Positions 49,721 through 58,695 of a stretch of DNA of 64,000 nucleotides are shown piece after piece (the stretch's first letter is position 1; each line of letters starts with the position of its first letter). The stretch is from Silicimonas sp. (GTDB lineage: Bacteria > Pseudomonadota > Alphaproteobacteria > Rhodobacterales > Rhodobacteraceae). The notes beneath the pieces were generated by a model, which was given only the letters and a program-made list of their open reading frames with translations, did not search any database and had not been told where the DNA came from. The stretch spans positions 18,047-82,046 of the forward strand of contig JAJDZT010000052.1 of NCBI GenBank assembly GCA_022824525.1, written 5' to 3'. The position numbers and the translations under genes are program-made.

Positions 49721-50187
49721 TAAGACCCCTCGCGATCCTGCTTCTGCTTGCATCGCCCGCATGGGCACAGACCTCTGGCGACGCGGACGACGGCGTCACG
49801 GTCACCACGGACGGCCAAGGCACGCTTATCACTTCGCCCATCACCGGCGAGTCCGCGTTGATCGAAGACCTTCCGGCAAATGACGTGCGGGCCTTGTCGG
49901 CGGAGGGCGTCATGCTGAAGGGGCTCGACAAGGTTTCCGGAGAAGTCACAGATCTGGACCTCGCGAAGGGCGAAACCAAATCCGTGGGGCGGATCGAGGT
50001 CACGCTGGGCGACTGCAGATACCCCGAAGACAACATCGCAGGCGAAGGCTACGCTTGGTTGACCATTCGTGATCCATCGCGGGACGCGGTGATATTCGAA
50101 GGCTGGATGGTGGCCTCAAGCCCGGCGCTCAACGCGCTTGACCATCCGCGCTACGATGTTTGGGTCATCCGCTGCACGACCGCGTGA
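49717..50187 (+). CDS. DUF2155 family periplasmic protein
   Basis: Signal peptide MIRPLAILLLLASPAWA. LKGLDKVSGEV ... FEGWMVASSPALNALDHPRYDVWVIRC matches the DUF2155 pattern. 4-nt overlap with mlaD. Confidence 0.72.
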   Translation: MIRPLAILLLLASPAWAQTSGDADDGVTVTTDGQGTLITSPITGESALIEDLPANDVRALSAEGVMLKGLDKVSGEVTDLDLAKGETKSVGRIEVTLGDCRYPEDNIAGEGYAWLTIRDPSRDAVIFEGWMVASSPALNALDHPRYDVWVIRCTTA

Positions 50188-50795
50188 GCCTCTGATTCCA
50201 AAGGAATTTTTCTGATGTCGGTCGAACGGTCCAGCGCGATCTTAAGCAACACGTGGTATTGTGCCCGCGAAATCTCGACCGCGCCAAGCGAGGCGAGATG
50301 CGGTGTCAGGAATTGCGTGTCGAAGAGCGTGAAGCCCGTCCGCCGCAAATGATCAACCGCCCAGGCAAGTGTCATCTTCGACCCATCCGTCGCGCGGGAA
50401 AACATGCTTTCACCGAAAAAGGCAGACCCCAGCGTCAGGCCATACATGCCACCGATCAGTTGATCGTCGGACCAGACGCCGAAGGCGTGTGCCTGCCCGC
50501 GCTCCGCCAGCGTCAGCACCAGTTCCCTGATGGTCCCGTTGATCCATGTGTCGTCACGATCGGCGCAGCCGTCGAGAATCTCCTCGAACGCCACATCCAA
50601 GGTGGCCCGAAGCCCGCCCTTTTTCATGCGCCGCGCCAGTGAGCGCGACATGTGGAAGCCATCCAGTGGCAACACACCGCGTTCCCGCGGGTCCACCCAA
50701 TACACCTCGCGCGCATCACGGCTGTCCGCCATGGGGAACACGCCGGCTGCATATGCACCCAGCAAAAGTTCAGGTGTAAGGGACCGATCACTCAT
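50151..50795 (-). CDS. aat: leucyl/phenylalanyl-tRNA--protein transferase
   Basis: 214 aa. LLGAYAAGVFPMA, WVDPRERGVLPLD, FGESMFS motifs. Confidence 0.9.
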   Translation of the reverse strand: MSDRSLTPELLLGAYAAGVFPMADSRDAREVYWVDPRERGVLPLDGFHMSRSLARRMKKGGLRATLDVAFEEILDGCADRDDTWINGTIRELVLTLAERGQAHAFGVWSDDQLIGGMYGLTLGSAFFGESMFSRATDGSKMTLAWAVDHLRRTGFTLFDTQFLTPHLASLGAVEISRAQYHVLLKIALDRSTDIRKIPLESEAHAVVQRMTQTS

Positions 50796-50854
50796 GCCGG
50801 AGAGTATAACGAACTTCCCTCAGAAATCGTCGCGGAAAATGCGACGCGCACGAC

Positions 50855-52201
50855 TTACTCCAGATTGGCGTCGAGCCATTTCTCCAGCCAGTGAATATTG
50901 TAGTCGCCCGTCAACACCGCTTCTTCCTGCATCAGCGCATCGAAAAGCGGGATGGTCGTGTCGATTCCGTCAATGATCAGTTCTGACAAAGCGCGTGCGA
51001 GGCGGGCGAGGGCTTCGGGCCGGTCGCGCCCATGTACGATGAGTTTGCCGATCAGCGAATCGTAGTAGGGCGGGATCGAATACCCATCGTAAAGCGCCGA
51101 ATCCATCCGCACACCAAGACCGCCCGGCGCATGGTATTGCGTGATCCGGCCGGGGGAGGGTGAGAAGTTCGGCAGCTTTTCCGCATTCAGACGGATCTCG
51201 ATGGCGTGTCCGTTGATCTCAAGGCGGTCCTGCGACAGTTCCATCGGCAGCCCAGCGGCCACCCGGATTTGCTCACGGACCAGATCCACGCCGAAGATTG
51301 CCTCCGTCACCGGATGCTCGACCTGGAGACGTGTGTTCATTTCGATGAAATAGAACTCGCCATCCTCGTAGAGGAACTCGACCGTACCGGCGCCGATATA
51401 GTTGATCTCGGCCACGGCATCGGCGCAAATCTTGCCGATGCGCGCGCGTTCTTCCGGGGTGATCGCGGGGCCGGGGGCTTCTTCGAACACCTTCTGGTGG
51501 CGGCGCTGGAGGGAACAGTCACGTTCAGCGAGATGCACGGCGTTGCCCTTGCCGTCACCGAAAACCTGGATTTCGATATGGCGCGGTTTTTCGAGGTACT
51601 TCTCGATATAGACCTCATCATTCCCGAAAGCGGCCTTGGCTTCGGACCGCGCGGTCTGGAAGGCGCTTTCCATGTCGCCCGCCGTCTTGGCAAGCTTCAT
51701 GCCGCGTCCGCCGCCGCCCGCCGTCGCCTTGACGATCACGGGATAGCCGAACTCCTCACCAATCGCCTTGGCGGCCGCAATATCGGGCACGCCGCCGTCA
51801 GAGCCGGGCACGACAGGAATGCCGAGCCGCTTTGCCGTCTCTTTCGCCGTGATCTTGTCACCCATCACGCGGATATGCTCGGCCGAGGGACCGATGAATG
51901 TGATCTGATGATCTTCGAGGATCTGCGCGAACTGTGCGTTCTCCGAGAGAAACCCGTACCCCGGATGAATCGCCTGGGCGCCCGTGATTTCGCAGGCCGA
52001 GACGATCGCGGGGATGGACAAATACGACTGTGCGCCAGAAGGCGGGCCAATGCAGACGCTTTCGTCCGCCATTCGCACATGCATGGCGTCAGCGTCGGCC
52101 GTCGAATGTACAGCGACGGACCGGATGCCCATCTCCCGGCAGGCGCGAATGACACGAAGGGCGATTTCGCCCCGGTTCGCGATCAGGATTTTGTCGAACA
52201 T
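50855..52201 (-). CDS. accC: acetyl-CoA carboxylase biotin carboxylase subunit
   Basis: 448 aa. [24 protein letters not shown]-grasp core, [14 protein letters not shown]. Confidence 0.96.
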   Translation of the reverse strand: MFDKILIANRGEIALRVIRACREMGIRSVAVHSTADADAMHVRMADESVCIGPPSGAQSYLSIPAIVSACEITGAQAIHPGYGFLSENAQFAQILEDHQITFIGPSAEHIRVMGDKITAKETAKRLGIPVVPGSDGGVPDIAAAKAIGEEFGYPVIVKATAGGGGRGMKLAKTAGDMESAFQTARSEAKAAFGNDEVYIEKYLEKPRHIEIQVFGDGKGNAVHLAERDCSLQRRHQKVFEEAPGPAITPEERARIGKICADAVAEINYIGAGTVEFLYEDGEFYFIEMNTRLQVEHPVTEAIFGVDLVREQIRVAAGLPMELSQDRLEINGHAIEIRLNAEKLPNFSPSPGRITQYHAPGGLGVRMDSALYDGYSIPPYYDSLIGKLIVHGRDRPEALARLARALSELIIDGIDTTIPLFDALMQEEAVLTGDYNIHWLEKWLDANLE

Positions 52202-52212
52202 GAGCGCCGACC

Positions 52213-52719
52213 TTACTCGATCACCATGAGAGGCGCACCGAATTCAACCGGGGCCCCGTCTTCCACCAGAATGCGCTTCACCGTGCCGGAGGCCGGGGCG
52301 GGTATCTGGTTCATCGTCTTCATCGCCTCCACGATCAGAAGCGTTTGCCCTTCGCTGACGCTGTCGCCGACTTTCACAAAAGCGGCGGCGCCGGGTTCGG
52401 GCGAAAGATATGCGGTGCCGACCATCGGTGACGTCACGGCGCCCGGAAGCGCAGCGGGGTCGTCGGTATCGTCTGCCGGGGCAGCCGCGGCCGGTGCCGC
52501 TTGCGGTGCGGCAGGCGCGGCGGCAGGAGTTGCCGGTGTGGCCGGTACCTGTACCGCGACGGGCGCAGCCGCCGGAGAATACTTGCTCACGCGAACGTTC
52601 AGGCTGCCTTCGCCTTCATAGTCGCGTTTGACCTGTAGCTCGGAAAGCTCGTTTTCGCTCAGAAGTTCGGCTAGCGCCTTAATGAACTCCACGTCGTCTT
52701 CATGCGATCGTTTGGTCAT
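52213..52719 (-). CDS. accB: acetyl-CoA carboxylase biotin carboxyl carrier protein
   Basis: 168 aa. Ala/Pro-rich linker and biotinylation motif [11 protein letters not shown]. Confidence 0.93.
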   Translation of the reverse strand: MTKRSHEDDVEFIKALAELLSENELSELQVKRDYEGEGSLNVRVSKYSPAAAPVAVQVPATPATPAAAPAAPQAAPAAAAPADDTDDPAALPGAVTSPMVGTAYLSPEPGAAAFVKVGDSVSEGQTLLIVEAMKTMNQIPAPASGTVKRILVEDGAPVEFGAPLMVIE

Positions 52720-52893
52720 TCATGTCCCTCGGTTCTGCCCGTTTTCGTCTTATAGAGTGGCAGTTCCGCGAGGGAAAGCGTTGAAAATGGGCAGATGACG
52801 TGCACGAACCCGGTTCGCGTAATTTTACCAGTTGATAAAATTTGCGACTGTGTCAGTCTTTCGAAAACGCGATCAGCAAGGAGAACCCAAGCC

Positions 52894-54225
52894 ATGCCGA
52901 ACACGGAGCGCACACCAGGTGTTGTTGCAGGTCGACTGGCAGACGATGCTTTGGCTGAGAATTTCGGTGATTTGCATGAACCGCTGGACGCGCATGAAGC
53001 GATGGTGGCGGCGGATCGCTGTTACTTCTGTCACGACGCGCCTTGCATAACCGCCTGTCCGACCTCCATCGATATTCCGCTCTTTATTCGGCAGATTCAG
53101 GCAGGCCAGCCGGAAGGCGCGGCGAAAACCATCTTCGATCAAAACATCCTTGGGGGCATGTGCGCGCGTGTCTGCCCGACCGAAACTCTGTGCGAAGAGG
53201 CCTGCGTGCGCGAGGCCGCAGAAGGCAAACCGGTCGAGATCGGGCGGCTTCAGCGCTTTGCCACCGACGCACTCATGCCAAAAGCGCACCCATACGAACG
53301 CGCGCCCGAAACGGGCAAGAAGATCGCGATCGCAGGCGCTGGACCGGCAGGCTTGGCCTGCGCACACCGACTTGCGATGTACGGCCACAAGGTGGTGATG
53401 TTCGAGGCCCGTTCGAAACCGGGCGGTTTGAATGAATACGGAATCGCCAGTTACAAGACCGTCGACAATTTCGCACAAGAAGAAGTGGACTGGCTGCTGG
53501 GCATCGGTGGCATCGAGATGGTCTATGACCACGCTCTGGGTCAGGGAGACCTGACGCTCGATGCGCTGACGGACAAATACGACGCGGTATTTCTTGCCCT
53601 TGGGCTTTCGGGCGTAAACGCGCTCCGCGCGGAAGGTGAGGAGCACGCCCATGTGCTTGATGCCGTTGATTTCATCTCGGAACTTCGCCAGGCGGCAAAC
53701 AAGTCAACCGTGCCGGTCGGACGGGATGTCGTGGTCATCGGCGGCGGCATGACGGCCGTCGACGCGGCCGTTCAGTCCAAGCTTCTCGGTGCCGAGAACG
53801 TGACAATGGTTTATCGCCGTCCGCGTGAGCGGATGTCGGCCAGCGAATACGAACTGCACCTGGCCACGTCGAAGGGCGTGCGCATCGTCACCGGCGCAAC
53901 GCCGACGCGGCTCATGGGCAACGAGCATGTGACCGACATAGAGTTCGCCTATACCGAAGACGGCCCGGACGGTTTGCAGCAAACCGGTGAGACCTTCACG
54001 CTCAAAGCCGATCAGGTGCTCAAGGCCATTGGCCAGCATCTGGACGGTGCCCCCGGGGTCATCAAGCTGGATGGCGGCAAGATCGCCGTGGATGAAAATG
54101 GGCGCACCAGCCTTCCCAAGGTCTGGGCTGGCGGTGACTGTGCGACCGGCGGCGATGACCTGACCGTCACGGCAGTCGCCGAAGGTCGAGATGCCGCCGA
54201 AGACATCCATCAGGCAATTTGTTAA
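52894..54225 (+). CDS. preT: NAD-dependent dihydropyrimidine dehydrogenase subunit PreT-like (GltD-like oxidoreductase)
   Basis: Start moved to ATG 52894 (AAGGAGA upstream). 4Fe-4S motifs CYFCHDAPCITACP and CARVCPTETLCEEAC. Dinucleotide folds IAIAGAGPAGLACA and VVVIGGGMTAVD. Confidence 0.85.
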   Translation: MPNTERTPGVVAGRLADDALAENFGDLHEPLDAHEAMVAADRCYFCHDAPCITACPTSIDIPLFIRQIQAGQPEGAAKTIFDQNILGGMCARVCPTETLCEEACVREAAEGKPVEIGRLQRFATDALMPKAHPYERAPETGKKIAIAGAGPAGLACAHRLAMYGHKVVMFEARSKPGGLNEYGIASYKTVDNFAQEEVDWLLGIGGIEMVYDHALGQGDLTLDALTDKYDAVFLALGLSGVNALRAEGEEHAHVLDAVDFISELRQAANKSTVPVGRDVVVIGGGMTAVDAAVQSKLLGAENVTMVYRRPRERMSASEYELHLATSKGVRIVTGATPTRLMGNEHVTDIEFAYTEDGPDGLQQTGETFTLKADQVLKAIGQHLDGAPGVIKLDGGKIAVDENGRTSLPKVWAGGDCATGGDDLTVTAVAEGRDAAEDIHQAIC

Positions 54226-54261
54226 CATATGGCATTTGATGCATCTATTGAGGAGGCCCAA

Positions 54262-55107
54262 ATGCCAGGGCAAACGGACGTCTCCGCCGTTGAGGCAAGT
54301 GTCGCTGATCACTACAGCTCGAACGCGTTACTCGACCGGATCAAGGCGGGGTTGAGGGAAGCGGGCGCCGATCCGGAGCATCCGGATCCGAACGCCTTGA
54401 AACCGGTCGACGAATTTCACGTGGGCGGTATCGAAGCAACAGAAGCGTTGCTTGATCCGCTGGAGATCACACCGCGATTGCGTGTCCTCGACATTGGGTC
54501 AGGCATTGGTGGCACGGGGCGTCACATCGCCAAACGATACGGTGCCCAGGTGATCGGCATCGATCTGACCCCTGCATTTGTTGAAACGGCCATCGCGTTA
54601 AGTGCAATGTGCGGGCTTGATGGCCAAACAGAATACCGCGTGGCCAGCGCCTATGACCTGCCTGTGGCTGATCACAGCGTGGACCTCGCCACGCTGATCC
54701 ATGTCGGCATGAACATCGAGGATAAATACCGCCTTTTCAGGGAAGTGGCCCGCGTTCTTGCACCAGGCGGACGCTTCGCCGTCTTTGATTTCATGGCAAG
54801 AACGGGAGAAGATCCCGACTATCCCGTGCCATGGGCCAGTTCGGCGGACCACTCCTTCCTTGATACACCCGAAACCTACCGCAGATGCGCAGCGCGCGCT
54901 GGCCTCGACCTCATCCATGAGCGCGATCGCCACGGATACGCGGTGAGCTTCTTCCATCACGTCATCGCGGCGGCGGATAAACATGGCACGCCGCCAGTTG
55001 GTCTGCACCTGATCATGGGGGACGAGGCCGAGACACGCTATGGCAACGTAGTGCGAGCAACAATGGAGGGGCGCGTGGGCCCTTTGGAACTGGTGTTCCG
55101 AAACTGA
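54262..55107 (+). CDS. class I SAM-dependent methyltransferase
   Basis: Motif I VLDIGSGIGGTG, post-I IGIDL. ATG 54262 has GAGGAGG 6 nt upstream (ATG 54229 is also in frame but lacks an RBS). Confidence 0.8.
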   Translation: MPGQTDVSAVEASVADHYSSNALLDRIKAGLREAGADPEHPDPNALKPVDEFHVGGIEATEALLDPLEITPRLRVLDIGSGIGGTGRHIAKRYGAQVIGIDLTPAFVETAIALSAMCGLDGQTEYRVASAYDLPVADHSVDLATLIHVGMNIEDKYRLFREVARVLAPGGRFAVFDFMARTGEDPDYPVPWASSADHSFLDTPETYRRCAARAGLDLIHERDRHGYAVSFFHHVIAAADKHGTPPVGLHLIMGDEAETRYGNVVRATMEGRVGPLELVFRN

Positions 55108-55131
55108 ACGACGACAACGGGAGAGACGCAA

Positions 55132-56436
55132 ATGGCTGACCTGACGACCGATTTCATCGGAATCAAATCCCCGAACCCGTTCTGGCTGGCCTCCGCGCCT
55201 CCGACGGACAAGGAGTACAACGTGCGCCGTGCCTTTGAAGCGGGGTGGGGCGGTGTCGTCTGGAAAACGCTCGGCGAAGCGGGGCCTCCCATCGTCAATG
55301 TGAACGGGCCGCGCTACGGCGTTGTTTACGGTGCCGACCGGCGGGTGTTGGGCATCAACAACATCGAACTGATCACCGACCGCCCGCTCGAGGTGAACCT
55401 CGAAGAAATCGCCCGCGTGAAGAAGGATTACCCGGATCGCGCAATTGTCACCTCCATCATGGTGCCCTGCGAAGAACAGGCGTGGAAGGCCATTCTGCCG
55501 CGTGTGGAAGACACAGGTTGCGACGGGATCGAGCTCAATTTCGGCTGTCCGCACGGGATGAGTGAACGGGGCATGGGCTCCGCCGTGGGGCAGGTGCCCG
55601 AGTACATCCAGATGGTCGCCGAGTGGTGCAAGGAACACACCGATCTGCCGGTGATCGTGAAGCTCACGCCCAACATCACCGACATCCGCTATCCCGCGCG
55701 TGCCGCCAAGGCAGGGGGCGCGGATGCGGTCTCGCTCATCAACACGGTGTCGTCGATCACCTCCGTGAACCTCGATACGATGTCGCCCGAACCCTCGATC
55801 GACGGCAAAGGCAGCCATGGCGGCTATTGTGGCCCGGCTGTGAAGCCGATCGCGCTCAACATGGTGGCGGAGATCGCGCGCGATCCCGAAACCAGCGGCC
55901 TCCCGATCAGCGGCATTGGCGGGGTCACCACGTGGCGCGACGCGGCAGAGTTTCTCGCCCTTGGTGCCGGCAACGTTCAGGTTTGCACGGCGGCGATGGT
56001 CTACGGCTTCGGTATCATCAAGGAACTGACCGCCGGTCTTTCGGCGTGGATGGATGAGAAAGGCTATAAGTCCGTTGCGGAAGTTTCGGGGCGCGCGGTT
56101 CCGAACGTCACGGATTGGCAGTATCTCAACCTCAACTACATCACGAAGGCCCGGATCGACCAGGATGCCTGCATCAAGTGCGGCAGGTGCTATGCAGCCT
56201 GCGAGGACACCTCGCATCAGGCGATCGCAATGAAACCGGGGCGCGTCTTCGAGGTGATCGACGAGGAATGCGTGGCCTGCAACCTCTGCGTCGATGTCTG
56301 TCCGGTGGAAAACTGCATCACGATGGAAGAACTCGAGCCCGGCATGGTCGATGCGAGAACCGGCAAGAAGGTCGAGGCCGAATACGGGAACTGGACAACC
56401 CATCCCAACAACCCGGCAGCGACCGCCGCAGAATAA
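55132..56436 (+). CDS. preA: dihydropyrimidine dehydrogenase subunit PreA (DHOD-like FMN domain + 2x[4Fe-4S])
   Basis: 434 aa. IELNFGCPHGM, TIM-barrel FMN domain, C-terminal CIKCGRCYAACED and CVACNLCVDVCPV. Confidence 0.9.
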   Translation: MADLTTDFIGIKSPNPFWLASAPPTDKEYNVRRAFEAGWGGVVWKTLGEAGPPIVNVNGPRYGVVYGADRRVLGINNIELITDRPLEVNLEEIARVKKDYPDRAIVTSIMVPCEEQAWKAILPRVEDTGCDGIELNFGCPHGMSERGMGSAVGQVPEYIQMVAEWCKEHTDLPVIVKLTPNITDIRYPARAAKAGGADAVSLINTVSSITSVNLDTMSPEPSIDGKGSHGGYCGPAVKPIALNMVAEIARDPETSGLPISGIGGVTTWRDAAEFLALGAGNVQVCTAAMVYGFGIIKELTAGLSAWMDEKGYKSVAEVSGRAVPNVTDWQYLNLNYITKARIDQDACIKCGRCYAACEDTSHQAIAMKPGRVFEVIDEECVACNLCVDVCPVENCITMEELEPGMVDARTGKKVEAEYGNWTTHPNNPAATAAE

Positions 56437-56437
56437 G

Positions 56438-56470
56438 AAAAGCCCCGCGCATCCAGGGCGCGGGGCTTCG
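56438..56470. terminator. GC-rich hairpin between convergent genes (better tail on the minus strand)
   Basis: 11-bp stem AAGCCCCGCGC (56440-56450) / GCGCGGGGCTT (56458-56468), 7-nt loop. On the minus strand it is followed by TTCTTATT. Confidence 0.6.
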
Positions 56471-56489
56471 CGATTAATCCGATTTCAGA

Positions 56490-57143
56490 TCAGCGGCGTT
56501 TGCGCCGGACCATGGCCAGGCCACCCAAGCCGCCGAGCAGCAGAAGCGCGCTTGCCGGGAGTGGCACAGCCGTCGCGCTGATCTGGTCTTGGCCAGAGTT
56601 CGAATAGATCGTGAAACGATATCCGCTGGCGGAAGCGCCCTCGATCCGGTCCAGGAAAATCTGCGCCTGCGAGCGGACGACTTCATTGGCCACCGAGTGA
56701 TTGCCATCCGTCACGTCGTATTCCGTATCCGTTTCCGCCAGCACTTCCCAAAGCGCCACCTGGAACGCGGACGCCGTGACGGCATCAACGACGTCGGCGA
56801 AGGACGAGCTGAAGAGCTTCTTCACATCTTCACCGACCACGGCGTTTTCGGTCACGTGGAACGCTTCGCCGATTTTCAGGTAGGAATACGGATCAATGCA
56901 GAAAGCCATGATCGCGCTAACGCCATCGGTGAAGCGGAACGCTCCCGAGGTGCCGCGATAGGTTTGACCGATGGGCGCGCCCCGGTCGAGAATGGTTTGA
57001 TTGATCGACGTGTACCATCCTTCGTCGCCGTAAGCCTTTCCAGCTACCTCGTAGCTCAGGTTGACCGTTCCGGCGTCGGCGCGATCGCCGCCGAGGAAAA
57101 ATGCAGCCGCAACGGCTGTCGACAATAGGATTGGAAGTTTCAT
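56490..57143 (-). CDS. VPLPA-CTERM sorting-domain surface protein
   Basis: Start moved to ATG 57143 (signal peptide MKLPILLSTAVAAAFFLGG). C-terminus VPLPASALLLLGGLGGLAMVRRKRR is the motif + TM helix + basic tail of the PEP-CTERM-like VPLPA variant. Confidence 0.82.
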   Translation of the reverse strand: MKLPILLSTAVAAAFFLGGDRADAGTVNLSYEVAGKAYGDEGWYTSINQTILDRGAPIGQTYRGTSGAFRFTDGVSAIMAFCIDPYSYLKIGEAFHVTENAVVGEDVKKLFSSSFADVVDAVTASAFQVALWEVLAETDTEYDVTDGNHSVANEVVRSQAQIFLDRIEGASASGYRFTIYSNSGQDQISATAVPLPASALLLLGGLGGLAMVRRKRR

Positions 57144-57336
57144 CACACACTCACCCACTAGGTAATGGCATGCCAAAACAAGGCAGCCTTCTTCAGATGA
57201 GTGTACCTATCAGGTTTCGCAGCGGGACGGGGAAAATGTTCGAAATTCGCTCAAAATTGCGGCTGATTGAACGGTATTCGGAACAAATACGGTAAATTGA
57301 CAGTATTCGTTTCCGTTTCCGGGACAATCGAGCCCG

Positions 57337-57873
57337 TTACCGAGCCACATCCACCTGAGCGGCTTCCTTGGGTTCGGACAAGGTTCGGGTCTCCGCGAAA
57401 CTCGCTTCCGCACGTTCCGATGGGGTCGGCGGGGGATCTGCCGGCGCTTCGGCCGTCACAACTTCCAGTGTGCCTTCGTCATTTGAGGACGTCTGTTTTT
57501 CGACCACTTCGACATCCGGCCTCAGATCGAAGGCTGGCTCGACGGGTTGCTCCGGCGGATCAAAGGCCACGCGGGCCTGCCGCTCCAGCGGACTTTCCTC
57601 GAAGGAAGGTGGCGGTCCCGTGGGCGCATCCTTGCCAGGAAGCGCACGCTCGGAACGTTCCGATGTTTCCTGGTCGCGCAGACGCGGCGCCACGGCCGAC
57701 TGATCCGGTGCAGTGATTGCCGAAGACGTTGCCAGCTTCACGTTGGAGGCGGCCGTTTCTCCGGCACTGGCGCGCGCAGCTTCGGGTGCCGCGGCTTGCA
57801 CGGCTTTGTTGGCAGAGAGGTTCGCAACCGGCTGACCGGTGGCGGCACCTGCAGGTGATACGGCGGGTATCAT
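57337..57873 (-). CDS. hypothetical Pro/Ala/Glu-rich, probably disordered protein
   Basis: 178 aa from ATG 57873 (the track start 57903 is GTG). No TM segment and no motif. Codon usage looks gene-like, but the support is weak. Confidence 0.4.
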   Translation of the reverse strand: MIPAVSPAGAATGQPVANLSANKAVQAAAPEAARASAGETAASNVKLATSSAITAPDQSAVAPRLRDQETSERSERALPGKDAPTGPPPSFEESPLERQARVAFDPPEQPVEPAFDLRPDVEVVEKQTSSNDEGTLEVVTAEAPADPPPTPSERAEASFAETRTLSEPKEAAQVDVAR

Positions 57874-57939
57874 GGCCCTCGGTCCCTTTGAAAAGACCCC
57901 CACGGAGGAAGTTTTCGCACAGGAGAGGTTTCGATTCAG

Positions 57940-58563
57940 TTAACCTGGGCTCGGAACAAGGGCGCGACGATAAAAATGCTCGAGAAAATCTGCCGCGACA
58001 TCGAAATGCTCCTCTCCTTCGGACCGCAATATCCCGCGGATCTGAGCGCTGAAATCGGCATAGTGCTGTGTTGTCGCCCAGATCGAAAAGATCAGGTGAT
58101 GCGGATCGATCTCGGCCAGTCGACCTTCACGGGTCCAGCGCCGAAACATCGTCGAGGTTTCATCGACGAGTGACTTCAAGGGCCCTTCGATCTGGTCGAG
58201 TATCCTTGGCGCACCTTGAACGATCTCGTTTGCAAAGAGACGACTCTCGCGCGGGAACGTGCGGCTCATATCAAGCTTGCGCATGACATAGGCGAGGATT
58301 TCGTCCACCGGCTCTCCGTCGGGATCGATGGCGCGCAAGGGGTCGAGCCAGGTTTCAAGCAAGCCGGAAAGAAGGGCCGTGTAGATCGCTTCCTTGGAAG
58401 CGAAGTAATACAGCACGTTCGGCTTCGACAGGCCCGCTGTCGTTGCGATCTGATCGAGCGTTGCTCCGCGAAAGCCATGCTCGGAAAACACATCCAGCGC
58501 GGCGTCGAGAATCGTTTCCCGGTTTTTCTTCTGAATGCGCGTTTGCGGCTGCTGAATGGTCAC
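57940..58563 (-). CDS. TetR-family transcriptional regulator, RutR-like
   Basis: HTH region ILDAALDVFSEHGFRGATLDQIATTAGLSKPNVLYYFASKEAIY closely resembles the pyrimidine-utilisation repressor RutR. Divergent from the pyrimidine catabolic genes. Confidence 0.85.
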   Translation of the reverse strand: MTIQQPQTRIQKKNRETILDAALDVFSEHGFRGATLDQIATTAGLSKPNVLYYFASKEAIYTALLSGLLETWLDPLRAIDPDGEPVDEILAYVMRKLDMSRTFPRESRLFANEIVQGAPRILDQIEGPLKSLVDETSTMFRRWTREGRLAEIDPHHLIFSIWATTQHYADFSAQIRGILRSEGEEHFDVAADFLEHFYRRALVPSPG

Positions 58564-58695
58564 GCGTGTTGCTCTTTTCTCGGGCGCCAGGGGCGCGTCC
58601 CCGGCCTCATTGGGTGGTTCCGCTTGACTGGTCTTTCCCCTCTGCTAGCGTCTTCCTGACCGTTTGGTCAATAATTTCCGGAACGGGGGAGCGCG

